A stretch of 63,779 nucleotides of DNA, the filler included, from Octopus bimaculoides (lineage: Eukaryota), in NCBI RefSeq assembly GCF_001194135.2. It is 6 parts of 6 records of this genome, joined end to end, with 100 filler letters (N's around TTAATTAATTAA, not from the genome) between each part and the next. Parts side by side here need not be neighbours in the genome. Positions count along the whole stretch, not along the records: positions 1 to 31,970 come from NC_069003.1; 5 more parts are not named here. One strand, given 5' to 3'. This document shows positions 1 to 11,842 of this stretch, in pieces. A model generated the notes under the pieces. That model worked only from the letters and a program-made list of their open reading frames with translations, made no database searches and was not told the DNA's origin. Each line of letters starts with the position of its first letter. Position 1 is the stretch's first letter. A program made the translations under genes and the position numbers.

Positions 1-38
<38 letters not shown>

Positions 39-744
39 TGTGTGTGTGTGTGTGTGGATGTATGTGTGTGTATTTAAGCGCACACACGCATGCGTGTGCT
101 GATTCGCATGGGTGCATTTGTACGCCATGCTATTTCTTTAACAGATTAACGCCCAACGTGCCTGTTTTCGAGCCAATTAAGATAACAAATAGATCCACTA
201 TCTATTTGATCAATCACTCCAGAAATCACGAACGATCCTCCTTCCCCAACGTGTACTCCCACCTTCGATAGCATTCTTTAACGTCCTTGTAATTATGCAG
301 TCTACTTAAGAAATAAAAGGGAATTAACAACTGATGTCTAAGATATTCATAGTTGAAATACTGAGTGAGAGATCTATAAAGAAGCGTTTTAATGTTCGTA
401 TCAAGTTATTGAACACACGTACTCAGGTCACATAAAAATTTGCTCTGTCAGGTTCCAGGTGGCATTACAATAATAACAAACACATCAATAGGAGATAGTA
501 ACAAGGCGTTACGTTTAGTTTTATGTATTGAATAAATGCACGCTGTTATCTTTATTATTTTTAAAGTGAGTTTTTCGATAGTTCCTGAATAAAAGATGAC
601 GATGTCACGGCTGGATGCCGTTAATCATAGATCTTCGAGGATTGGGTTCATTAGGCGCTAAAATGAAGACAAACAATTTTCGTTTGCTAAGACATTATTC
701 GATAAAGTACTTATCGTATTAACTGCAATGAATATATATGCGTA

Positions 745-930
745 GGCGTAATGGCCCAGTGGTTAGGACAGCGGACTCGCGGTCGTAGGATCACGGTTTC
801 GATTCCCAGACCGGGCGTTGTGAGTGTTTATTGAACGAAAACACCTAAAGCTCCACGAGGCTCCGGGTGGGGGTTATGGAAAAAACCTTCTCCACTCTTT
901 CACCATAACTTTCTCACACTATTTCGTTCT
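745..930 (+). mobile_element. tRNA-derived SINE (family C), head plus part of body
   Basis: GGCGTAATGGCCCAGTGGTTAGG (box A) ... GGTTTCGATTCCCAG (box B), followed by a non-tRNA body (GTTGTGAGTGTTTATTGAACGAAAACACCTAAAGCTCCACGAGG); no acceptor-stem closure. Confidence 0.8.
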
Positions 931-999
931 ATTTATGTTGTACCGGTATTTCAAAAGGGCAAAAGTTCCACGCGCATGGACAGTACACTGAAACGTGTT

Positions 1000-1131
1000 C
1001 ATTATTTACATTTGACAGATATTTGTCCTCATCTTGTTTGTTGTTTATACAACGTTTCGGCTGATATACCCTCCAGCCTTCATCAGGTGTCTTGGGGAAA
1101 TTTCGAACCTGGGTTCTTATTCCTAAGGTAT
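1000..1131 (-). mobile_element. Penelope-like (PLE) terminal repeat fragment, left arm of an inverted pair
   Basis: Minus strand reads TPDEGWRVYQPKRC, resembling the PLE endonuclease C-terminal end; reverse-complementary to 1237-1368; contains a CTGATGA...GAAAC core. Confidence 0.7.
1047..1091 (-). ncRNA. minimal type I hammerhead ribozyme motif
   Basis: Minus strand GACAC-CTGATGA-A-GGCTG(GAGGGTATAT)CAGCC-GAAAC-GTT-GTAT: stem II 5/5 bp, loopless palindromic stem III (ACGT), stem I with one mismatch. Confidence 0.65.
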
Positions 1132-1139
1132 TTTTCGAT

Positions 1140-1241
1140 GTTATTATTATTATTACTATCATTATTGGAGGTCACTGCCTAGAATCGAACTTGGAATCTT
1201 GGGGTTAGTAGCCCGCCCTCTTAACCACTGCACCATATGCC
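1140..1241 (-). mobile_element. tRNA-derived SINE head with (TAA)n linker (family D)
   Basis: Minus strand GGCATATGGTGCAGTGGTTAAG (box A TGGTGCAGTGG) ... AGTTCGATTC (box B), then TAATAATAATAA running into the PLE-like arm. Confidence 0.75.
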
Positions 1242-1368
1242 TTAGGAATGAGAACCCAGGTGCGAAATTTCCCCAAGACACCTGATGAAGCCTGGAGCGT
1301 GTATCAGTCGAAACGTTGTGTTAAAATCAAACACGATGAGGACAAATATCCGTCAAATGTAAATAATG
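1237..1368 (+). mobile_element. Penelope-like terminal repeat fragment, right arm of an inverted pair
   Basis: ~132-bp reverse complement of 1000-1131; ORF track reads TPDEAWSVYQSKRC. Confidence 0.7.
1277..1322 (+). ncRNA. minimal type I hammerhead ribozyme motif
   Basis: GACAC-CTGATGA-A-GCCTG(GAGCGTGTAT)CAGTC-GAAAC-GTT-GTGTT: stem I ACAC/GTGT plus a G-U pair, stem II 4/5 bp, loopless ACGT stem III. Confidence 0.65.
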
Positions 1369-2660
1369 TAAATACTGTACGTAATTCCTCATCTCTTAAA
1401 TATATAGAACAGTACCGAACCATGTTGTTAGCAAGAAAACTTCTTACCGTACGGCCACCCAGTCATTGGTAGACACCGTGTGATATCGTTGTCATTCCTC
1501 GTACGCAGATGATTATTCAACGAGGCGATCAAGTTACTTCTACGTTCACTAGTTGAATAGACACCTTAAATGTTTACAATCAATGAGCAACGAAAATGAG
1601 ATTCAGGTTTCACTTCATTGCAATCAATACGGATTCTTAATGAGTAACCTTCTGCTGTGTTTCATTATCCACATCTTCATTGTTAACCAAATCTAATTTC
1701 ATTGATATCAGCTTGTTTCCAACTTCAGCCAAGCGCTCAACAAATCACACACAAGCATACACAGACACATACAGAGACACACGCACACTTTGTTTTATCG
1801 ATGCCTTTATCGCTTCTTCCTTTCGTTTTCGTAGACATCATTAAACCAATATGAGAAGCACACATTTAAATACACAAATACGCTCACGGTCTCACATAGA
1901 AACACTAATATGCACCACCCTTACGCACAAACACATACAGAAACCTATGTAGACATGCGCACAAATATATGCATACAGACCCAAGCACACGCCACTGCAA
2001 CCTATCTCTGTGTATAACGTTTTTCTCGCATTACGTTCTTTACTCCACCGATACCAGTAAAACATTCAAATAATAATATCTCGTTCAAGCAAGACGTACT
2101 CTTTAAGTACAACGCGCATACACACACACACAATTTTAAAGAAAGCAAACGACGAAGGCACCTGAAGGAGCAGCAAGCAGGTCAATTAGTTTAACGTTCA
2201 GGGAAAATGGAAAATTCGTTGACGTTTCAAGCCTACGTTCTTCGACAAAAAAAAAAAAGATTCAGAGGAAGAATGAAAATGGAGAGAGCGCGACAAGTAA
2301 AAACGGAAAGAGAAACAAAATGTATATGTATATTATGTATGTATGTATGTATGTATTACGTCATATACACATTTTTTTTTTTTGGTTTCCGCTTGGAATT
2401 ATTCAATCAATCTATTTTGCTATACACACCAACATCGGTTATCAAGCGCTGGTAGTCGACAAACTTTGACAGTGTCAGACACACAGATGCACATAAACTA
2501 GAAACACACACACACGCACACAGAAATGTATATATACGTACAGGTCTGTTTACACACCCGTCTTCGTCTTTTGTAAATTCTCACTATACGTATCTGCGTG
2601 TATAAAAACAAATGTGTGTCTACGTGTGTGTGTGTGTGTGTGTGTGTGAGNNNNNNNNNN

Positions 2661-2698
<38 letters not shown>

Positions 2699-2701
<3 letters not shown>

Positions 2702-2815
2702 ACATATCACAGGCTTCTTTGAGTTTCTGTCTACGAAAGCCACTCGCAAGACTTTGGCTATGGCAGAAGACACTTGACCAATGTGTCACGCGGCCAGACT
2801 GAACTAAGCACTATG
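2699..2815 (-). mobile_element. SINE family A, 5' half, degraded
   Basis: Similar in reverse complement to 54714-54870 (CAAGTGTCTTCT, GCCTTGTGAGTGG, GTAGACGGAAACTGAAAGAAGCC motifs); abuts (TG)n. Confidence 0.7.
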
Positions 2816-2883
2816 GAGTTAAAAAGCAATAATTTTTACGCGTATATACCTACACACGTATATAAATACATAGGTACATATAC

Positions 2884-2944
<61 letters not shown>

Positions 2945-4192
2945 TATATACATAAACATTTATGTGTGTGTATACATGTATATAAATATATTGACATATA
3001 AAGACCGGCACAAACGAATTTTCTCCAGTTTGTTCTCTGTGTTTTTGTTTCCCTTGTTTTGTTTGTACATCGGTCATCGTAGACGAATCAATCGACCGAT
3101 CTATCGGATGAGAAAATCGATCTGTCATTCAGTGGTCTTAATGCTTATTTGCTTCATGAGCGTCTGAATCCTGACCAATAGCGTCAATTGCTTTCCATTG
3201 TTCTTATCCAGACATAACCATCAACACGTGAATAGCCCCATTGACTTTATGGAGACATTGAAGCATAGTATGTTTCTTTCTTTCAATCTTTCATGTGCTA
3301 AGCATCCATTTACTGTCTCATGTGTATATGATGCGGCCAATTTACTTCATGTGTGTATATCTATACATATATATTTATGTTTATATATATATATATATAT
3401 ATATATGTTTATATTATATATATATGTGATTGTGTCTGTGTGTACATGCATATCTGTTTGCGAGTGTGTGTGTATATGTATCTTTGTATATACATATACG
3501 TGGATATATATGAACATGTATATCTACATGGTTGTATAAATGTACGTCTTTCAGTGCTCATATGTATGTATATACAAATGTGTATATATATGTGTGTGTG
3601 TGTGTGTACGCGGGTGAGCTGAAGGTCCCTAGCTTTAAGCGTATCGCGATGGGACCTGTCGCAGGGCCAACATTCCGAGCTCTTTTATAGGGCTTAGAAA
3701 AAAAACTTAAGGTCGGCTGCAATAAATGTGAATATTTTGAACAAAATTATACTTAACTAATCCTCCTCTATTTTTCCTATACGCAAAGCCACCAGTCATG
3801 CGCAGCAAAACTAATGGGGTGTTCTACCTTCGACCATTTCAGGGTCTTTTAAAAGTACCTCAGAGAAAACGTTCGTAGCTTTTACCCCCTCAACAAAACA
3901 TAGACCAGCGGCCTAGAAAGCATGTGCGAGTTGGGCTAGAAACATGTGAGATAGCTCAACGTGCATAGTGAAGCTTTATAATGTTTAAAATTATTACATT
4001 TCTCCCAACTTACGCTGCATCGTGCATAAAGAAATATACATTAATGAAGAGCCCGCAAAGCACCAATATGTCACATTAATGATCCATCATGGGCTAACCT
4101 CTTCTTTTGCTCGGAGAAAAAGGTGGGTACGGCTTACGTATAGACAGTGAAATGAACCGTTTGTGTAGGCTTGTCCTTTATTTTCCAAACAG

Positions 4193-4280
4193 CAGCAATA
4201 TAGGAGATTCGGTTTAAATTCCGATTCTTGTTCGAACAAGAAACTCACCCACGCCACTTCTTTAAATACAAATTTGAAAG
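4193..4280 (+). CDS. weak candidate internal exon (QQYRRFGLNSDSCSNKKLTHATSLNTNLK)
   Basis: Pyrimidine tract plus CAG(CAG) acceptor, AAG|GTGAGT donor, one open frame; no homology recognised. Confidence 0.2.
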
Positions 4281-5921
4281 GTGAGTCAACGTAGGGGAGT
4301 TACAACAAGATGAAATATCCAAGCGGTTGAAATGCACGAGAAGTCCTCCATAAACAAGCGGGTAAAAAATTTCAGCAGAAAAAAATACAACAGAGACATG
4401 AACAGGATGCAGCCCCACCCCATTTCAGTATATAAATTTAAGGGCAGAAAAACTTGCTTGCGGTAGGTTTCTTGTCGGAAAATCATTTTGCTATTCAGCT
4501 CTCTCCCTTGCCACTGTTTTAGTTTACTTCGGTTTTAAAAAAAGATACGTTTAGTCCACTAAAATAAATTTCCCTTAAATGGGTTTTATGAAGATCGTTA
4601 TTTTAAAGAAAATTAATATATAAGATAAAAGAAAAATAGAAAATGTTTTAGGAAAGATTAGATTAATATCAGATGAAAGTGGTGACAAGTGATCAGCTTT
4701 CGAAACACTGAAGAAAACTCTAGGTTCTAAAGTTGGAAATAAGTTACAAAGATCTCAAGCCTAAAGCAGTTTTTGATATTTCTTTTGGTCAGTACCTCTG
4801 CCTCATTAGAAGATCGGTGAGCGTATGCAATGTTTAATCACTGTTGAACGCTTTGCAATTTGGTCAAACGCCATTAAACAAGACAATCAATAAATATATT
4901 CTAATTGCTAAAGAGGGATAGAGAGATGGAGAGAGAGAATGAAAGAGAGAGAGAGAAACAAAGAGAAGTGGAGATCTATTCTGTGCATATGGCACGAGAA
5001 AGTGAAGATTTTTAAATGACATTTACCGTTAATGGGAAACAATTGAGAAGTGTGGTTCTGTTAAGCGGAAGGCCACTTCTTGCTATTTGTGGCACAAATG
5101 TCTTCGGCGTTGAAATCGTCGACCGAAATTCGAATATCTCACCACAAGAATTAATGATTGTGAAGCCGTTTTCTCTGTAAACTATTTAGATATCTATCAT
5201 TCAATTGTGGTAGGCCGCAATTTACTCACATGCTGCAAATTTCAGAGCTTGTCGCTAATTCAGTTCTAAACCAAATTAAAAAACTGATAAAATTTTTGAA
5301 GAAGGCTGGTCCCTAGCTACATTTTGGCGTAAAACAAATTGAGATTTAGTTTAGTAGAAAACAAGTTTACATCAAAATATTTTGCGACTTTATAGGAGAG
5401 GAATTAACGCCACCAATCAAGTTTAGATCTAAACTTTTTTATTATATTAAAAGGAAAATATATTTATCTTAGCTTCAATGATAGAAGACAGTGTAAAGAA
5501 TTTCATAGGTTTGGTCCCATGCAACAAAAAATTAAATCAAAACGTTGGGAGGTAAAATATCACGAAAAAACAGTATATGTAAGGCAAAAAATTGGATTTA
5601 AGTATAATTAACCTTTTCTTATTTTTAAAACAAACTATATTTTAATTAAGCTTAAATGATAGAGCTAAATTCGAGGAATTTCATGGTATCAATCTCATGC
5701 AATGAAGTTTTAAAAGAAATAAGTTATGAGTGTTTCTCTCTCAAATTTGAGGGTGATAATATAGTTCTATACTTTTTTTTATGAATGTTGTTCTATAAGG
5801 GACTTTTAATGTATGTCACTGGCATCATTGGGGTAAGGAATACATTATCAACGACACCGCTAATTGACACACTTGACACATTATTAATTAGCATAATAGC
5901 ATAGCATGGAAAAAAACATGT

Positions 5922-6541
5922 ATTACGTGGAAAAATGCGAGCAAGAGAAATAATATTCTTAAGATTATAAATCTGAAAAGTATAGGACAAGTTATTACAT
6001 CTGGTAAAGTACAGAACAAGAATTTTGTTTCTTAAAATATTGCAGCTAAGGATAAACTATGAATATTAGAAATTATTTGGTTTTAATTTACAAAGTAACA
6101 TTATAATTAAAAAGGTACCATCATTTTGTTAAAATATTGACACACCAGAATACTTTAAAAATAAACGCCAATTATTTTTCATAATCTATTTTCAAATTTC
6201 TAATTGTTGATTAATAATTAAAAAGATGAATTTTTTTTAAAGCGAAAAAAATATTTTGAGTTATTTTTTTCATTTTTAGTAGAAGTAACAAGTAATAACA
6301 AAAACATGTAATAACTTGTAATAAAATTTTCTAGTTTTAATAAAAGCTAATATTTTCTAAATTTTAATATTTTATTTGAAATTTTATCCTTAGCTGCAAT
6401 ATTTTAAGTAAAAATTTTCTTGTTCTCTACTTACCAAATGTAAGAAGTTGTCTTGAACTTTTCCAATAACTGGTCCTGTATTTTTCCAGATTTATAATCT
6501 TAAGAATATCATTTCTCTTTCTCACATATTTTCCATGTAAT
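5922..6541. mobile_element. foldback/MITE-like element with long imperfect terminal inverted repeats
   Basis: 5922-~6075 pairs with ~6385-6541 (e.g. ATTCTTAAGATTATAAATCTG / CAGATTTATAATCTTAAGAAT; AAAATATTGCAGCTAAGGATAAA / TTTATCCTTAGCTGCAATATTTT), with one ~20-bp indel. Confidence 0.75.
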
Positions 6542-6930
6542 TATTTATCGACAAACGAGAAAGCAAACAAAAAAAAAAAAAATGAAATTATTCTAAAGTA
6601 CTCAAGCAAATATGTGATAAAACATTTAAGCAGAACGATAGATGAAATTATAAGAGATTGCTTAGAATGTTTTTATACTTGCAGATATTATTGTAATAAT
6701 CATACGGAAATTATCTCCAGTATCACTATGACATCTAGGCTTTTCTTAGAATTAAAAGTCGAATTAATATCACGAAGCTAGTCGAAGATTCAGGAGATAT
6801 ACGTTTGGTAAATCAAGCAGTGACGAATTAAGAAATAAGGGAAGGAACGCTTCTGCAGAATGAAGTTTCATTGAAATATGTTTCAAAATTTGTCTCAAGT
6901 TCGAAGGAAAGGGTATATCGAATTCAGCAA

Positions 6931-7071
6931 CACCAGTGCTTGATGGTACTTATTTTATCGATCTTGAAATGATGAACGGTAAAGTCGACCCCGGTCGAAT
7001 TTGAACTCAGTATGTAAAGAAGGACGAAATTGCCGCAAAGCATTTCGCCCGGTTTTCAAACGATTCTGCCA
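6931..7071 (-). mobile_element. SINE family B
   Basis: Similar in reverse complement to 19554-19764 (GAGTTCAAATT, GTCGACTTT, AATAAGTACCA motifs). Confidence 0.8.
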
Positions 7072-7460
7072 GATAATTAAAATTCTGAGTGGAGAACCAT
7101 TATTTGTGGAACATGCATTTTATCAGTAAAACTGGAAGAAGAACGAGCTTATAATTACTTACTTATGAGAAGATTAAGTGAATAAAATGTTATTCCCTAT
7201 AGAGTCTAAGAATATTTTCGATTTCTCGAAAATTTTAAAGAAACCAAATTACGGAATATGTACATACTAAATCGTGAGTGGTATTCTCTGTGGGATTTTT
7301 GCATCGTAAACAAATTTCTCTACACGTCTCCGCCCCACCAGAAATACACATACACGCTCACGCACATACACGCTCACGCACACATGTATATATGATAATG
7401 GAGTTTGAATGCATGAAAATGCGTGTGTATATGCCTTGTCGAGTATCACTTTTTGTGAAA

Positions 7461-7762
7461 GCACATACCTGAGTGGTAAGAAAGTCAGGTTCACAATCAT
7501 GTGATAGTGCATTTGATTCCCGGACCGGGCTGTGTATTGTGTTCTTGAGCAAGACAATTTCGCGTTGTTTCAGTTCATTCAGCTGTAGAAATGAGTTGCG
7601 ATGTCACTGGTACCAAGCTGTATCGACTCCTTGGCCTTTCCCTCGGATAACATTGGTGGCGTGGAGAGGGAAAGCTGGTATGCATGAAAGACTGCCCGGA
7701 CTTGTGCCTCGGAGGGGGAACTTTCTAGGTGCAATGCAATGGTCCATTCACAACCGCAAAGG
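7461..7762 (+). mobile_element. tRNA-derived SINE (family E)
   Basis: GAGTGGTAAG box A remnant, TTTGATTCCCGG box B, TGTGTTCTTGAGCAAGACA conserved body motif. Confidence 0.65.
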
Positions 7763-7852
7763 ATCTTTATTCTTTACCTTAGCTAGAGTACAAAACAAAA
7801 TAATAGTAAATAGGTGTAAAATAATCCGCGAACACATATTTGCTCATGTACT

Positions 7853-7894
<42 letters not shown>

Positions 7895-10134
7895 CAAAGA
7901 AAAAGAGAGAGAAAGAGAGAGAGAGAAATAGTGAGAACGCTGATATTTATGATCAGTATATATTATGAAACACCATTCAATATTAGTATGCTCCCACATT
8001 TTCTAATGATGCCGTTAAAGATGCGAACGAAATCAATTACTTTGACTTTTCTTAATTAGACACAGCCATTAACACCTGATTATCGATATTAACTTCAAAG
8101 GTTTTTCAACTGTCTCTCATTTTCTTTCATTTGTTAGATTCTCTCTGTCTCTCACTTTGGCTGTATTCGTCTCTCTCTCTCTTAGTCTGCCAGTGTGTCT
8201 GTATCTCCCACACTATCTCTTGCTCCCCCTCTCGCTCTCTCTTTTCCTGTATATGATCTATAACCTTGTTTTCGTAAGCTATTAGGTGTTGTAAGCAAGT
8301 TGATAAATTTCGAAAGATTGTAGCTTGCATTGAAGCATAATTTTTATTATATCAAGTAATAAAACTAAACGGACATTTATTAGCGTTATTACATTCCATG
8401 AAGTAATCCAAACCGCTAGAAATAGTAGCGGCAACTCCTCACAATATTACACTCTATTCACTCTTGTTATAATGTGTATATTGAATCTCGCTAACGGAAT
8501 GCCTTTGATCAGTAAAGAGGAAATAATGAAATAACACAAAGTCAAATCATATTGCATAAATAAACCCTAGCAAGTAACATGGAGTCCTTTTGAAGAAAGA
8601 TTAATCTGACTCATAATATCTAAATTTCTTTAAAGTTTCTTCCATAGACAAATTTCTCTCAAACCAAGTCATCTCTTCTTAAAATGAAATACGTCTTAAT
8701 ATTTAGATAGAAACAGATTGTTCCTTCAGAAAAAAAAAAAAAAACACAATGCGTAAAGTGTTTAAAATCATGGTGTTAGACACACGCGTTATTTCTGGGT
8801 AAATAGAAAAACGACATTAAATAAAGGTATTTACCAACCGAAGCAGCCTCCTAGACATCAATTTCACGTTACGAAATGAAATCAAAATCCCAAATATTGA
8901 TTGGGGTTGAAACCGAGATTCGAAACTGAATCGGCTGGGCAGTCGAGTAGACATCACGATCAAAACAATAGTTTCACATGATCGGTGTATTAAGTGACCA
9001 ATCGACATCAAGCCATCCTGTGAATCTTTGTGCCCTATAAAAAGTCGCTTTTTGGTGCCAACACTCTTGGCAGAGCGTTTTCAGCTGACTCATTCACATA
9101 AATGCCATACATAAATTCTACTGGTTCGTGGGTGTTGTTCAGGTTCTTCATCACGCAGCCCAGGAAGCCTATTTTCATTCATAGACTCAACCAGTTACTA
9201 CAGCAGCCTCAACAAAAGATATCTTATACTCGCGGCATCCGATGACATGGCCATCACACACCAAAACATATGACTAGAGTTTCGATCTTTGCCTGATTTG
9301 AATTGACGACAGTTTACGTTTTTATAGGACTAATATTATTGATGTTTATTGATATGCCATATGCCTCATAATTTGTTCAGTACTAACATTCAGATGATGC
9401 GTAAATGTTGCTATTAAACCTGTTTATCTTATGTAATTCATATAAGGAAATCTCTGTTTGTGATCTTTCACTTTTTCCGAGCAATTAAGGTTTGTAATTG
9501 GAAGATAGGACTGAAAATATATAAAAACAAAACGCCAGGCTTGCTGAGAGGTCGTTCAACAAAAAGAACTCTAAAGACCAATGGCTATATTAAAGTGGTT
9601 GCTGAATCCGGGCCACTGACCTCACTAAACTATACGAATCTGCAAGCGGTCATAAAATAAAACTAATGCAGGGAAAATATTAATTTTCTCACACAAGTAA
9701 ATGGTGTGTGCATAAATGGATAGCTTCAACTAACGAAGCAATGAGTAATTCTAAATATTATACGTGTAAAAAATATGATGCGCTTTATGATACAAACATT
9801 ATGATAGACAATAGTTTGTAAAAATAAAGAATAGATTGAAGAGAACATAGCTATCCAGTTTCCAGATATTTTCAATTCTGGATTTTTGCTAACAACGATT
9901 GAGTTGATTCGGCGTTGTAGCAAATTAATGTCTCTATGCTGCACGGATTCTCAGAAATTCTGGGCCAATGGACTTCATGAACGGACACCAATGGGAGTGA
10001 AGCACCCTCTACCATACCGCTAATATCCAGTTAAAACCTGAACCTAAGCCCAGGCTTCGTCTGCTCCGACTATCGGCAGTGATTTGGTCAGAGAATCCTC
10101 TGTCAATACGAAAAAAAAAACATGAATAAAAACG

Positions 10135-10506
10135 TAGCAACTGTACCTGGATACTAAGCTCTACACAAAAAGATAATGCAAAGATCCTGTGGGATTTTAG
10201 GATTCAGTGCGACCATGAGATAGAGAATAGGAAGCCGGACATCGGCTCAATTGAGAAGGTAGTACCAATAATTGTCGGAGCCTTGGGAACAGTGAGCAAA
10301 TATCTTGAGAAGTACGTGGAACTAACAGGGGCTTTAATAAAGGTGGAACACTTGCAGAAAACAGCACTGCTTGGAACCTCTCTAATATTCCGAATGGTAC
10401 TCCAAAAATAAAAGGTGTTACCTTAGTTCACCGGTAGTGAACAGCTGACTGTAGTACATCTCCAGCGTGAGAAGCTGTGCAAAAGCAATAATAATAATAA
10501 TAATAA
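10135..10506 (+). mobile_element. 5'-truncated R4/Dong-type LINE 3' end (RLE endonuclease remnant)
   Basis: Translates DNAKILWDFRIQCDHEIENRKPDI, an internal deletion, then EKVVPIIVGALGTVSKYLEKY...LQKTALLGT; ends in (TAA)n at ~10487-10506. Confidence 0.85.
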
Positions 10507-11147
10507 TTTCTAAAATAGGCATACGACCTCAGTTTAGCTTCGAATATCTCAAATATTCTCGCATTGTCTTAGCTAAAGGAGAAGATGATTATAGTTGGAT
10601 TGTTTTTTAGCACAAGTTTACGGAGTGTAAGCCAAGGGATAAACAACAATACTCATTTATTGACCGAGGAACAAAGATACATGACAAAGAAAAAGAAAAA
10701 ACAAAACTCAGCGATGATATTTGTGTAGAGTTATTTAGTAATATTTTTTGCTCCTTTACTACTTTCAACCATTGAATTCAGGCCGCAGTGTCAATTTCAA
10801 TTGTTTAATTGAAGCCGTAATGTTGTCGATCACGATAATTATTTCCTACGAGGATTTATTTACCGATCAATATTTAGTCACTGTTAGAGGTATGTGGTTT
10901 CAAAAATACCGGTTTTCGACAATGGCAGAATATTCTGTAAAACAAAAAACAAAAAAAAGAAAACAGAGCACAAAGACATAGATGCACACACACTCACATA
11001 TACATACTACATGTCTGTGTGTGCGTGTGTGTATGTGTGTGCGTGTATAATCTTTTACGCGTTTTGGAAATATTCTTAGACTATTTTCGTGCCACTGTCC
11101 CATTCCATTACTTTGCTTTGCTTCTCTTTTAAGTTCCTCTCTCACTC

Positions 11148-11462
11148 TGTTATTCTCTTCTTCAGTCCCTGCTACCCGCCTACGTTTCTCTAATTCCTAT
11201 GACCCTTCCTCTCTCCTCCCACTATCAGGTGACCCGTGGAGTCCTAAGGTTGTGTCATCCCTTTATCTGCGTTGCCTTTGACCGGACCGGTCGCGATTCT
11301 CTGTCCTCTTGACTCTACCTGAGCCGTGTCTATAGTCCTTTACGTCACTTTCTCCTTTGCGTTTCTTAATTTTGTCTGTCTTCCGAATATTACCGTTCAG
11401 CGTTTAACCATATATTTCCCGCCATCTTATTTTCTGTTTATACCTCGATCTTTCTGAATCCA
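11148..11462. mobile_element. possible solo LTR
   Basis: ~315 bp bounded TG...CA with flanks CACTC / CACTG (4/5 match); composition like the Gypsy LTRs at 36117 and 39656. Confidence 0.3.
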
Positions 11463-11544
11463 CACTGAAAAATTGAGGTCTAATGTGCCGCTACTAACAG
11501 GACAAGTGGAGTTTTACATGAGGATTATATTTGCTAGTGAAGAA

Positions 11545-11842
11545 GCGTTGTTTTGTGGTTAAGGTATTCGGCTCGCGATCGTAAGCGCGTGAGTTCGGTT
11601 CCCGGTGGTGCGTACTGCTCGTGAGCAAGATACATTCTTTCACTTTACTCCAGACCACTCAGCTGACAAAAATGAGTAATACGAGTATGTCAAAGGGCCA
11701 GCCTTGTCACATGATGTTTAACACCCAATGCCCCCTAAGAAATACGCTTAGGGCACACGTCTCCGAGGAGTGCTCAACCACTTGCACGTTAATTTCACGA
11801 GCAGGTTGTTCTGCGGATCTGATCAACTGGAACCCTCGTCGT
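11545..11842 (+). mobile_element. tRNA-derived SINE (family F)
   Basis: GTGGTTAAGG box A remnant, GAGTTCGGTTCC box B; body (CAGCCTTGTCACA, AATTTCACG, CAACTGGAACCCTCGTCGT) is shared with 26885-27170. Confidence 0.75.

Noticed and set aside
745-820. This and other tRNA-like heads (1170-1241, 11545, 54714) as tRNA genes
   Set aside because: The cloverleaf does not close, each continues into a repeated SINE body, and the sequences are degenerate.
3623-3679. AGGTCCC/GGGACCT hairpin followed by GGGCCAACATTCCGAG, resembling a stretch of the HDV genomic ribozyme
   Set aside because: No L3 (YCC..GC) loop, no J4/2 catalytic C and no P2 could be fitted; a ~15-nt resemblance is compatible with chance.
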